A stretch of DNA of 64,000 bases from Eledone cirrhosa (GCA_964016885.1 OZ024761.1:1364001-1428000); one strand, 5' to 3'. Positions 12,824 to 25,760 are shown, counted from the stretch's first letter. Notes: generated by a model from the letters alone, not told the origin. Numbers and translations: made by a program.

Positions 12824-15180
12824 TTTTCTTTTTATTTGCCACCAGGGCATCAAAAAGTGGGACAAGTACAATGGGGGGAGTTTACATAACAAGGCGTCCT
12901 CAATAAGGAGGAGGCAATAACAAAATATAAAAATAAAATAAAATATAACAAAATAAAATTTATAACAAAATCCTCAATAGAGAGGAGGCACCTTGGGGGT
13001 CGCACACACCCCCGAAAAAAAGTGTGCAACCCTTCTCCTCAGAAGCACAGAGAGGGAGTGCTCCTTTGGTCTTTCATCTTCCTCACCTATAGTCTGATGT
13101 GGAGTGAAGGCCCATTCACACGGGCCATTCTCACCACTTTCACCCATCTTTCATAAAAACGGCTGGGGTGCAGCACCTCTCTCTCCATCCTGATCCTTCT
13201 TCCGAAATGATATCGGAAGAAACGGACCAGTTGTTGGCCAGAGAGAAAGGTGTCTGACCTCAGTCCTTTCAGACGCGTCCACCATACAACCTCTTTCGCC
13301 ATGGCTATTACGCACAGAAACACCGCCTCTCCTTCGTTTTTGAAGAGGGGAGGCGGCTTGATCGTTACAATAGACTCGGTGGTCAACCGGATCGGTCCCA
13401 CCCTTGACAGCAGTTGTTCGACATAGCCCCACAGATCGGCAATGCCCGAGCAGTGTACCAATGCGTGTGCAACTGTTTCCTCGTCGCACACGCATCTGGG
13501 ACAGATCTTTTTCGATGGGTCCCTACCCGGGCGCCCGTGTCTGTAGAGCCTTTCTCGAACGGGCAGAGCCCTTCTGTAGCATTGCCAGGCCAGGGACCTC
13601 TGGAAGTTATCCATGGGTCCCGGGCTGAATGTCCTACCGAACAGGTTGGCCAGTTCGTCTTCCTCCATGCCTAGGGCTTCTCCGAGGGCGTCGTCGCACC
13701 TGCTAACCACCAGCCCTCTATAGAATGACGAGGTGGATTCTCCACTGACAGCCGGGTCCGCCTGCCAGAGAGCCGTGAGCGCCTGGGCACACTCGGTGTG
13801 CCAGGCGCCCAGTTTTCTCGGTCTTTGCTTGACCCAGGATTGCAGCTCGGTGAGTGACACGAGTCTGGGAAAGGCTCGCCTCACCAACGGGCCCACACCG
13901 GTTGACCGGTGAGGAATACCTGGAGGTGCCGTAGCCTTAATGCGTGTTTACGCATCATTAGCCACGGCATCCCCAGCCCTCCTTTCGAAGGGTGTTGACA
14001 GCAGATAGATCTCCTCACCATAGGAGCACGCTTCTTCCAGAGGAATTGGAAGAGTGCGCGTTCCATTTTGGCGAGCGTTTCCCTTGGGCAAGGCACGACG
14101 GTCAGGCGGTAGTAGATGACGGACGCTATATAAGTGTTCGCCACCTCCGCCCGACCTTTCAGAGACAGTTTGCACTCGGCCCACTTCTGGGTCAGTGCAA
14201 ACACCCTGTTCGTTACCTCACCCCAGTTCTTCTCCACCTGGAGGTCTGGTCCGAACCAGACTCCGAGCAACTTAACCGGGCCTTCCGTCCAGCGCCCGAC
14301 GACGCCATCGGAGGGCATCGATCTGCCCCTCCACGTGCCGAGTTGCAGACCGATCGACTTGTCCCGGTTCAGCTTAGCCCCTGTAAACCCTTCGTACTCC
14401 TCCAGTAAGGTGCCGATCGCCCCGATTTCCGAGGCCGTCGACACCATTACTGTTACGTCGTCGGCGTAGGCCGACACCGCTTTCCGCAATCCCGGTTCCA
14501 ACGGGATGCCCTCCAACAACTCCAACTTCCGCAGCAGTGGCTTTAGAGTCATTACATACAGAAGGGAGGAAAGAGGGCACCCTTGTCGGATGGACCGCGC
14601 GATTTCGAACGGCTCCGAGAGGTAGCCGTTCACCTTGACCTTAGAGCAGATGCGGCTGCTGTGCATGGCATTGATCCAGCCCCTGAAAACGGGTCCGAAG
14701 CCTGCCGCCGCTAGCACCGCATCCAGGTAACCATGGTCGACCCTATCGAACGCCTTAGATTGATCCAAGTTGATCAGGGCCCCACCAAAGCCGGGTTCGT
14801 TCCCAACCCTCTCTATGATGTATAGCATTAGGTGGATGTTGTCGTGGATGGACCTGGACGGGATAGCACATGTCTGCGCATCTCCCACCAGGTTGCCCAC
14901 GACAAGCGCCAACCTCTTTGCTAGCACCTTGGCCAAAATCTGTAACTCTGTATTTAGCAGAGTTATGGGCCTGAAATTATTTATATCGTCCCCCTTGTTC
15001 TCGTCCTTCCTCACTAGCGTGACTACGCCCTTGGTCACAGCACAGGGAACTCTCCCGTTCTGTTGCCAGTTGCAGTAGACCGCCTCGAGGAGATCGGGGA
15101 ACAAGTCCGGCATAGCTAGATACAGTTCGTATGGAAGACCATCGAGACCCGGGGATTTGCGTTTGCCGCATTGGCTCAGC

Positions 15181-15183
<3 letters not shown>
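12824..15183 (-). mobile_element. 5'-truncated Tx1-type L1 LINE, ORF2 RT plus zinc-binding domain, frameshifted near 13890
   Basis: KSPGLDGL, NFRPITLLN, LDQSKAFDRV, RQGCPLS and YADD motifs in 13881-15182; CCHC-like domain in 13087-13896; (GATA)n at both ends. Confidence 0.95.
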
Positions 15184-15212
<29 letters not shown>

Positions 15213-15567
15213 CGAGAGAGATCTAGACGTTACACATTATAAAGGGTGTAAGAGTGAGAAATACGGTGAGGGTCATTGCAAAGATATGACGACAGGCCCT
15301 ATCTGAATTTATCGGTCCATGTGAGAAAAAAGGATGTGGTTTAGGGGTGGGGTGAGAAGAAGCAGACCAAAACAAAATAAAGCTAAATAAAATGATGACA
15401 GTATAGTTTTTTTTGTTTTTTTTACTAGTGTTTGTTTTTTATTCTGTATGCGTTGCTTCTGATAGTTTTTTCCTTTCTTTTTTTTCGTTTTTCAGGATTG
15501 GGGTGGGGGAAATGTGTTTTTTTTTTTTCGGAAATTTCTTTTGGAACTGTTTTAAATAAATAACTAC

Positions 15568-15647
<80 letters not shown>

Positions 15648-15751
15648 ACAGACACACACACACACACACATGTATCTATGTATATGTATATATATATATG
15701 TATGTATGTATATGTATATATATATGTATGATATGTATGTATGTGCATATG

Positions 15752-15794
<43 letters not shown>

Positions 15795-15851
15795 TTATAT
15801 ATGTATATATATGTGTGTGTGTGTATTTATATATATATATATATGTGTATA

Positions 15852-15882
<31 letters not shown>

Positions 15883-16202
15883 TTAATATTCTTTTTCACA
15901 GAAGCGTTTTAATCTGTAATGGAAGACAGTGAAGAGATGGTGGTGCTGGTAGTGATGGTGGTGGTGCTGGTAGTGGTGGTAGTGGTGGTGGTGGTGGTAA
16001 TGGGGAAGAATGGTGTTGTGACTCCCCACCCTCATAAAAATGTTTATAAAGCGGCACTAATCTAAACAAACGCCAGGGTTACAAATTGTTGTTGTTATGG
16101 TTGTGGTTGTGGCCATTTCTGGATTATATATACATATAACAAGTATGTATATATGTGCATACACACACACACACATATATGTATATATGCATCTACTTAT
16201 GT

Positions 16203-16238
<36 letters not shown>

Positions 16239-16380
16239 TGGATCGCCAAGAATGAAATTTGTAGAAATTTGTTTTTCTTTTTACAAATTTCTACAAATTT
16301 CATACTTGACGATCCAATATATATATACAAGTATATACAAGTCAACACTTTTCCACCCCCAATATACACATACAAGCTCA

Positions 16381-16495
<115 letters not shown>

Positions 16496-16498
16496 GGT

Positions 16499-17113
16499 GG
16501 TGGCTGCCAACTCGTTTTCGAGTACGGCCACTACTTTATATCCATGTAGGAGAACCCCTACCGATGCGCTGAACGAGTGTGACTTTTTAGTCCAGCCAGC
16601 GACTTGAAAACTCTGGTACAAACACTACACTTGTGACAATTATTGACACACAGTGCTGGACCCATGGTACCATGTGACGACAAGTGCAGAGAGATCAGAG
16701 ATCTCCAGATATAAAGCAATGCCTGTGCCGTGAAGCTTTTATAGTGAGCAAAGGCACTGCACAAAGCCAGTCCCACTCTCTTAACCAAGATAATATTTAC
16801 CAAAAAGAAGAACAAGTCAACATCATTGGATACCATCAGGGTTGCAGGTGTTATATCAGAGTTTTCCTTCTCCTAGAATTCTGCCTTTACAAAGGCTAAG
16901 GGGTCATCTCTCCCAGTGATTTGGGATGGCCATTGACTCTAAAGAGCTCCTTTTCCCTTTGACAGGTTTTGTTTTTAGTCCTGCAGGATGTCCAAAGTCA
17001 CCCTCCTCACCAAGAAACCTTGGTGGGGTTGCCAGTTTAGTCGCCAACGACCCGACCATGAGACAGGTTGTACTGGGATACATGTTACCAGTAGCACCAA
17101 CTGGTGACCTGAC
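16499..17113 (-). mobile_element. Non-autonomous ~615-bp RTE-derived retroelement (5' UTR-like part joined to the ORF 3' end)
   Basis: The 3' part encodes [23 protein letters not shown], an RTE-type terminal C2H2 finger. Same ends as 53683-54283; five copies in the window. Confidence 0.7.
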
Positions 17114-17482
17114 ATAAATATATATATATATGCACATACACACACACATGCACAAGCACAGGCACATACATACGTGTATATAGATATATAGATATTTATA
17201 TATATATGTACTCAAATACTCACATACACATACATTGATTCACACATACATACATTTTCAAACACATAAACATATATATACACAGATACGTACTACAGAC
17301 AGACAGACAAGGAGACTGGGAAGAAAGTTCCAGAACCAGGTTCCTTAAAAAATAGCCAATAAAACAGCCATCACACATTTACCCCAGTTTACCTTTCATT
17401 TGTGTCTTCTTTGTTTCTTCAACCGGGCCCCTAATAATAATAATGATAATAATAATAACAATAATAATAATAATAATAATAA

Positions 17483-17640
17483 TGGTTTCTTATATAGGCA
17501 CAAGGCCAGCACTTTTGGGGGAAGGGGAAAGTCGATTAAATGGACCCCAGTGCATTACTGGTACTTTATTTTATCGACCCCCATATGGATGGAAGGCAAA
17601 GCTGACCTCGGCAGGATTTGAACTCAGAACATAAAGGGCT
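17483..17640 (-). mobile_element. Meta-domain SINE fragment
   Basis: Reverse complement of 18470-18590. Confidence 0.75.
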
Positions 17641-17665
17641 GTCACACACTGACACACACACACAC

Positions 17666-17749
<84 letters not shown>

Positions 17750-18045
17750 GAACATATATATAAATATATATATGCACATATATATAAATATATATATGTA
17801 TATATATACATATATATGTATGTATATACCTATGTATGTATGTATATATGTATATATATGTATGTATATATATATATATATATATGTATATGTGTATATA
17901 TATATATATATATGTGTATATGTGTGTGTGTGTACGTTTACATATATATATATATATACATATAATGGATAAAATGACCCTACACTTTCATGCCTGCCAG
18001 GCAGAAATACTGCCATTACACCAAAGTGCCTTTCACATATGGTAA

Positions 18046-18085
<40 letters not shown>

Positions 18086-18217
18086 TGAGAGATAGAGAGA
18101 GAGAGAGAGATAGAGAGAGAGAAGGAGAGAGAGACTGTTATGATACGAACAAGGCAGTTATTTTCTCATTATTTTGGCATTGCAGTTATTCTGTGATATG
18201 GGTTAGGAAACATTATT

Positions 18218-18590
18218 TCGGTAGAGGGTCGGACGCCATGCTTTCCAGCATAGTTACGTCCCTTTGCGGTCTGAGTTCAAATCCCGCCGAGGTTAACTTT
18301 GCCTTTCATCCTTACGGGGTCGATAAAATAAAGTACCAGTAATGTACTGAGTAATTGATGGCCTTGTGCCAAAAGTGGAAACAATTATTATACATGTTGG
18401 GCGGTGGATTGGCAGTATCGGTAGAGGGTTGGACGCCATGCTTTCCAGCATAGTTACGTCCCTTTACGATCTGAGTTCAAATCCCGCTGAGGTTGACTTT
18501 GCCTTTCATCCTTACGGGGTCGATAAAATAAAGTACCAGCAATGCACTGGGTAATTGCTGGCCTTGTACCTAAAGTAGAACCAATTATTA
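18218..18590 (+). mobile_element. Two tandem tRNA-derived Meta-domain SINEs (octopus OR1-like)
   Basis: B box GAGTTCAAATCCC followed by GGTTGACTTTGCCTTTCATCCTTACGGGGTCGATAAAATAAAGTACCAG. Confidence 0.8.
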
Positions 18591-18624
18591 TACATACACA
18601 AGCCGTTATCACTATAGTTATATA

Positions 18625-18726
18625 CAGGGTCTCTGCTAAAAAATGTATACACACTTCAACAGCATTCTAATAAATATTGCCTGTACAGGTAATCAAAGTG
18701 TGTATGCATTTTTGAGGGACACCCTG
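18625..18726. mobile_element. Tc1/mariner-type MITE, about 100 bp
   Basis: TA|CAGGGT...ACCCTG|TA with ~30-bp imperfect TIRs; second copy at 32314-32411. Confidence 0.8.
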
Positions 18727-18779
18727 TATATAACTGGTATTCCGTCAGTTAAGACGATGAATGTTGCAGTTGATACGAT

Positions 18780-19015
18780 CAACGGACAGCCTGCTCGAGA
18801 AATTAACGTGAAATTTAGAGCCTCAACATTCCACAGACACGAGTACCCTGACGTACTTCTCAGGGAGATTCATGGTGACACATAATGTAACAAGGTTGGT
18901 CCTTTGAATAACAGATACAACTCATTTTTGCCAGCCGAGGTGACTGGGGTAACGTGAAATAAAGTGTCATGCTCAAGGACACAATTGAATTCATGACCTT
19001 ACGATCATGAACCGA
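18780..19015 (-). mobile_element. Degenerate CORE-type SINE
   Basis: GTGAAATAAAGTGTCATGCTCAAGGACAC is the reverse complement of the CORE-like segment. Confidence 0.55.
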
Positions 19016-19020
19016 TTCAA

Positions 19021-19091
<71 letters not shown>

Positions 19092-19473
19092 TTGCTTTTG
19101 AATTTCAAGATTTCTTATCTGAAAACGTCTGTTGAAACATATTGTTATACTTTGGGAGGGTCATGCTGCCAATAAAAACACACGCACCTGGCGATTTTCA
19201 CTCCAATTTATTACAAATTTCAAGTTGGTTGGTTCAATAACCGGAAGGTTGTTTATACATTGTCAAAGCTCTTTCGTCACACATTCTGTGACCTCCTCAC
19301 TGACTGATTTTTTAAATTTTGTGTCTCTCGTTTGTTCTATCCCACACCATCTTATTTTTCTGTGTTGTATGTGTTATATCTGGGTGTGTGTGATTAAAAA
19401 CAAATAAAATAGGACGGCGTCTCAAGTGGCTACCAAACAAGGGAAATAAAACACACACACAGACGCACACTGC

Positions 19474-19507
<34 letters not shown>

Positions 19508-19989
19508 TAACACTTCCACACATACTGCCACACACACACACTGTCACACACTGCCACACACACACACATACACACACACTGCCACACATACACACACTGC
19601 CACACACACGCACTGCCTCACACACACACACACACACTGCCAGAGACACACAGCTACACAAACGTCATGGCGCTTGTGTGTCTGTCACTTTTTTTATGGA
19701 AGGTCTCGCCGCTTGTGAAATGAGACAGTTTTTGATGTTGCTTAAATATGTAAAACAGATTTCAAATGCAAAAAAATTATTGTTAAACACTGAAAGACTA
19801 AAAGAGGATAGACGTGGTCCATTGTTGAAGCAAGGGTTGTAGAGGGACCCCAGAATTTCTATGAATCTACATATAAAAACCTGGTTCTTGTGTGTTATTG
19901 TCTCAGGAGGGTTTAGTGTTGAGGATGTTTTAGTGGTTATTTTGTGAATTTACATACCCACACTCACACAATATACACATATATATATA

Positions 19990-20036
<47 letters not shown>

Positions 20037-20108
20037 CGGGTAAAATTCCCGAGATATATATTTATATATATGTGTGTGTGTGTAAATATGTGTATATATA
20101 TAAATATA

Positions 20109-20966
20109 TCTTTTCCTGAGTTCAGTTTTTTTCGTTGCTATGGCAATGCCGCCAGACTGTCGGTCGCTATATTTGATTTGCAAAGCTGTCAAAACGTATT
20201 GTTATATAACTCGGGGATAATATTCTCCATCGAGTGCTAAGCTGCATTCCGAATCTGCAATCGTTAGATTGGCCGCAGCCAAAAGCTTCGTTGATGCTGT
20301 ACTAAAATTTGTATTTTTAACTCTTAGAATTAACGATTAACTGATTAATTTAATTAGACAATTCTATTGATTGACTAATTGTTTATGTTTATTTGATAAC
20401 TTCTGGTTGAATGCTTAATTCGGTTTGTCTAAGGGAATTTCATTCCTTTGTCTCAAATTTCGAATTGACCGCCAAAACGGGGGTTACCTACCTTTGGGAA
20501 AACCACGTGTCTATAGCGAAAATTACTGCTAGAAAATACACCCGTTGAGGCTATAGAACGCAAGACTTGTTGACGAAGTCAATCCTTTGTTCTGTCGTCA
20601 AAGGCCATTAATTTGCAGACCCCTGCAAGCGGAATTAGTCGATCTCGGATTTACAGAAACCTAGCGTGGATGGTGTTTGTTATATGTGATGTATATTGTA
20701 TGCTATTCGTTATACGTTATGTGTTGCATTCGATATCCACGTGATGGTCCAGGTCAGTCAAAATCTTTTCCTGAGTTCAGATTTTTTCGTTGCTATGGCA
20801 ATGCGGACAGACTGTCGGTCGCTATATTTGATTTGCAAAGCTGTCTAAACGTATTGTTATAACTGTGGGGTAATATTCTCCATCGAGTGCTAAGCTGCAT
20901 TCCAAATTTGCATTCGTTAGCTTGGCCGCAGCCAAAAGCTTCGTTGATGCTATACTAAATTTTGTA
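20109..20966. repeat. 1.3-mer direct tandem (period about 655 bp) of an unclassified repeat
   Basis: 20109-20313 is repeated at 20764-20966; homologous to 1-505. Confidence 0.85.
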
Positions 20967-20991
20967 TATATATATATATATATATATATAA

Positions 20992-21023
<32 letters not shown>

Positions 21024-21166
21024 ATTATATATGTACATGTGTATGTATATGTATATATAAGTAAATATGTATGTATGTGTATGTATATATATATATATGT
21101 GTGTGTATGTGTGTATATATTTGTATGTACATATGTACATATATATATGTATATAGCTTTGTATTT

Positions 21167-21241
<75 letters not shown>

Positions 21242-21343
21242 TATATATACAAACACCCATATATATATGTATATAAAATATATACAAACACCCATATATA
21301 TATGTATATAAATATATATACAAACACCCATATATATACATAT

Positions 21344-21392
<49 letters not shown>

Positions 21393-21725
21393 GGTTAACA
21401 TGTGCTTTTAAAGACAATGGAGTTTAAACATTTTTTTTATTATTGTTAGATCTGGAAACTTCCGTGTTTTATGGAATTGAGTCATGGTTTTCAAAATATA
21501 TTTGAACCTTCCATTGCCCGCCCCCCCCCCCCCTTTCCTACCCCAACTCATCACCATTTCTCCCTTAAAACTAAAACTAAAACTAAAACTAAAAATACAT
21601 AACTAAACTAAAATTACATTACCCGAGACTGTTGAAACTATTTTTGTGCTCTCCCTTGCTTTTATAGCTAGTGTCGTTATTTAGTGGTTCTTTCGGTCTC
21701 TCATTCTCTCTCTCTTTTTCCTTTC

Positions 21726-21784
<59 letters not shown>

Positions 21785-21927
21785 TCTCACTTTCTCTCTC
21801 TGCCCCCCACCCCACCCTTTCTCGCCCTCTGCCCCTCTCTCTGTACGTCTGCATATATGTTTGTATGTCTATGTATATATATATATATGTATGTGTGTGC
21901 GTGCGTACGTCTGAGTATACGTTTACA

Positions 21928-21965
<38 letters not shown>

Positions 21966-22221
21966 TGTGTGTACCTCTGCCTATATGTTTGCATGTATAT
22001 ATATATATATGTGTGTGCATGTGCGTATGTATGGATATATACATGTGTGTTCATAAAGAAAAGTGCCCCGCCCCCCACAACATAAAGGATGTTGTGTATT
22101 TCAAATCTGGGTATTTTATATTTCCATTGCTACAGTTTCCGATTTCCAAACTGTTTCTGTATACATGACATCATCAGAATGTGTTTTTTGTGTGTTTCTA
22201 TGGTGTTGGTGTCTCTGGTAC

Positions 22222-22269
<48 letters not shown>

Positions 22270-22309
22270 ATATGTGTGTGCGTGTGTGTGTGTGTACATA
22301 TAATTGAAT

Positions 22310-22537
22310 ATAAAAGAGAGATAAACACAGATATAAACATACATGTGTTCAAATCGTAAGGAACCAAGTTTTTCAACCCAGCGAACTTGGTCCCTTACGA
22401 TTTGAACACATGTATGTTTATATCTGTGTTTATCTCTCTTGTATATTCAATTATATTACACGGCTCAGAAAAGCCTCTTTCTTTGAGCTATTTAATTGTA
22501 AGAGACTATTTTGAGTTTCTAACTCAATATATACCTT

Positions 22538-22540
<3 letters not shown>
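22310..22540. mobile_element. Fold-back element (family shared with 31822-32260)
   Basis: Inverted arms around 22375; shared GTTCAAATCGTAAGG and AACTCAATATATACCTTTG. Confidence 0.75.
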
Positions 22541-22590
<50 letters not shown>

Positions 22591-22874
22591 TGAAACAGGA
22601 ATGTCCGTCATCAGTAATCTGCTGTTTATCATTGGTATTTCTTCGCATTAAAGACTAGATACCTAAAATCAGTGCGAGCGATAACTAAATAATGTTATCG
22701 GGACAGAGCGAATTGGAAGGGGAAAGTGAACAAACAACATGGTAGTAATGCAACGTAAAGAGAGGAAAAGAGAGACAAGTCAATGACTCTTGTGGGCTTA
22801 AGTCCGAACGAATAAAATGACTAGAAGAGGCAGACACATCCGAGCCACGCGAAAAGTGAGAGAGAAAAGAATTT

Positions 22875-22906
<32 letters not shown>

Positions 22907-22907
<1 letters not shown>

Positions 22908-23247
22908 TTGTTTTGCGAGGTTTTTGATATGAAATCGTGTGTCGAAACAAATATTGTTATACTTGGGGAGGGTCAGATTGTTGTAATAATATTGCCAGAA
23001 TTAATAAGAAAGATGGCGTAGATATACAATACAACAGGAAGAACATAGTAGCACAACTGACGATGTTGCAGATGTGCAACGAAAGAACTTTCTTAGACTA
23101 GATATATGTGTTTTATAGCTATATTATATCTGTATTTTTGACCGTTGGTCAGTCAATGGTAAACATTGAGGACCGAATGAATTAACTGATATAAAAGATA
23201 CAGAAGCGAAAATCAACCAGACAGTGAGTGTGTTCTGTTATTAATTC
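22907..23247. mobile_element. Fold-back pseudo-LTR fragment family C, with hammerhead-like motif at 23049-23100 (+)
   Basis: CTGACGA-T-GTTGCA-GATG-TGCAAC-GAAA; homology to 55660-55998. Confidence 0.78.
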
Positions 23248-23463
23248 ACTGTCGCCTGTATACAAATATGTATGTACGTGTACATACTTATATTTAAGTA
23301 ACAGCCGTACTAAGAGTGGGAAATGAAATATCGTTTCATTTTTTCCGTTTATCGTTTTCGGTGCACCCGGCCGATTAACCCACTCGATATGCAAATTGGG
23401 CTACTCAGCCGTTAATATGCATAAGGTAAGTATATACGTTCAACAATCTGGCAGGAAGGTATA

Positions 23464-23504
23464 CGTTGCTGACGATAGCTAACAAGCTTGAAACTAGTAC
23501 AGCG
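23464..23504 (+). ncRNA. Type I hammerhead ribozyme (family B), predicted cleavage after 23499
   Basis: CGTTG-CTGACGA-TAGC-TAACAA-GCTT-GAAA-CTAG-TA-CAGCG. Confidence 0.88.
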
Positions 23505-23883
23505 TTCCTTTGTCAGTGTTGAACAAACGAGCAACGGTGGTTGCTAGACACTACGGCTTAATACGGGATGTTTGTTTACAAACACACCGAGCATTATAAT
23601 AAATGTTCGGTGAATCCATACGTGCATATATATATGTGTGCATGTATGTATATATATATACATACTACTGTACGTCTGTATACATATATGTATGCACGTG
23701 TACATACTTATATTTAAGTAACAGCCGTACTAAGAGTGGGAAATGAAATATCCTTTCATTTTTTCCGTTTATCGTTTTCGGTGCACCCGGCCGATTAACC
23801 CACTCAATATGCAAATTGGGCTACTCAGCCGTTAATATGCATAAGGTAAGTATATACGTTCAACAATCTGGCAGGAAGGTATA

Positions 23884-23924
23884 CGTTGCTGACGATAGCT
23901 AACAAGCTTGAAACTAGTACAGCG
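23884..23924 (+). ncRNA. Type I hammerhead ribozyme (family B), predicted cleavage after 23919
   Basis: Identical to 23464-23504. Confidence 0.88.
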
Positions 23925-24130
23925 TTCCTTTGCCAGTGTTGAACAAACGAGCAACGGTGGTTGCTGGACACTACGGCTTAATACGGGATGTTTGTTTACA
24001 AACACACCGAGCATTATAATAAATGTTCGGTGAATCCATACGTACATATATTTATGTGTGCATGTATGTATATATATATATACATACTACTGTACGTCTG
24101 TATACATATATGTATGTACGTGTACATACT

Positions 24131-24212
<82 letters not shown>

Positions 24213-25289
24213 ACATTATTATCTAAAACATCACAATCCAGAAGAGTGGGAATAACGTTTATTACATAACACTTACACGTGTTTCATCAGATGTATTATA
24301 TATTAATCTTGGACCGCTAATATTTGACTATTCCAATCGAATTAAATCGAATCCAACTATTAAAATAATCATATGTAGCCACAACAAATTTGCAAAATTG
24401 TTGTGACTACATATGCTTGTCTCTACATCGGTATTGTGTTATCTGATCCAGAAAGGGTGAAAATAAGGCATCACTAACCTCGGCGGGATTTAACTTCAGG
24501 GCAGAGAAGACTTGGAACAAATACCGCAAGGTATTCTATCGGACGCTCTCATGACTTTGTCCAAATTTTGCCGCCTATAACTTTAATGACTATAATTTAA
24601 TTTAATCTATCTATATATATAAATTCCTTAATTAATTTAAGTTATCTGCGTTCGTTAGATATATCAAATGACTGAGTTTACTGAGGTTCGTGTTTCTTGT
24701 TATATTAGATTTTTTTTCAACATATGTGTATATATGTGTGCGTGTGTGTATGTGCATATACATACATTTATATGTATGAGTATATAAAAATAAACGCGCA
24801 AACACAGACACACTTACAAAAATACACACTCACACACACATACATTTACACAAACACACACATACACGTACTATGACGGACGGAAGTCACTTAAATATAT
24901 GTATACATTTAGTCAAACATCAAAATTTGAGAAGTCAGCTATTATTATTTTTTTCTTGTGAAAACTAACAAGAGAAAAATAATGAACAAATTAAAATGCT
25001 TTCGCCCCCACCCTCACCTTCTTAATGCTTAATAAATTTACAATTCCAGCAATCTCTCTACACCAAAGTTTTCAAAATTGTGTACTACGATACTTTAAGA
25101 GATTATCAGAAAGACATTACTGTGGTTCGAAATTAAGTGACATGTGATTTTTTTTTTTAATGTTTTTTTTACAAATCGGCGCAAACATGCCTGCGTAGTT
25201 AAGAGATTTGCTTTGCAATCATGTAGACTAGGGTTCAGTCACACTGCGTGGTACCTGAAGGAGGTAGCGTGCAGAGAGCTGGGGGAAGA

Positions 25290-25760
25290 GAATCCTATGA
25301 CCCCCTCGGGCATCCATATCGGGGCAGGTGGTAAAGGCATCTAAACAAGGTGTTACACAAGCAGTGCTTGCCCCAAACCTGTGCCCGGTTGTCCTTCCAA
25401 ATCAAAAAGGCTATAGACTTGAGTTTTAGGGACGTACAATCAAGAAGTTTGGCCTGGGTATCACAAAACCTCTGCATGTCACTACCTTCTACTATACAGC
25501 CTCAAATTAGGCCGGTGCTTATCCCCGTTTCATGGCATGAAGCGACTGAGAGTACAAGACTTTCCCCATGGACAGGACGCCAGTCCATCGCAGGATGAAC
25601 CCCTCAGCTTTTGCCGGTACTCATTTACAGCTGAGTATACTAGAGAAACGTAAAATGAAGTATTTTGTTCAAGAATGCAACACACAACCCAGCCCAGGAA
25701 TCGAACCCACGACATTATGATCGTAAATCCAACACCCTTACCACTAGGCTACGCGATTCC
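25290..25760 (-). mobile_element. tRNA-derived CORE-type SINE with long tail
   Basis: Minus strand TAGCCTAGTGG (A box), GGGTTCGATTCC (B box), CORE-like TTCTTGAACAAAATACTT. Confidence 0.7.

Larger units (their letters stand above)
23249..24130 (+). mobile_element. Head-to-tail tandem (about 2.1 units, 420-bp period) of hammerhead element family B; retrozyme/pLTR-like
   Basis: Near-identical blocks offset by exactly 420 (23281 vs 23701, 23461 vs 23881); one hammerhead per unit. Confidence 0.88.
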
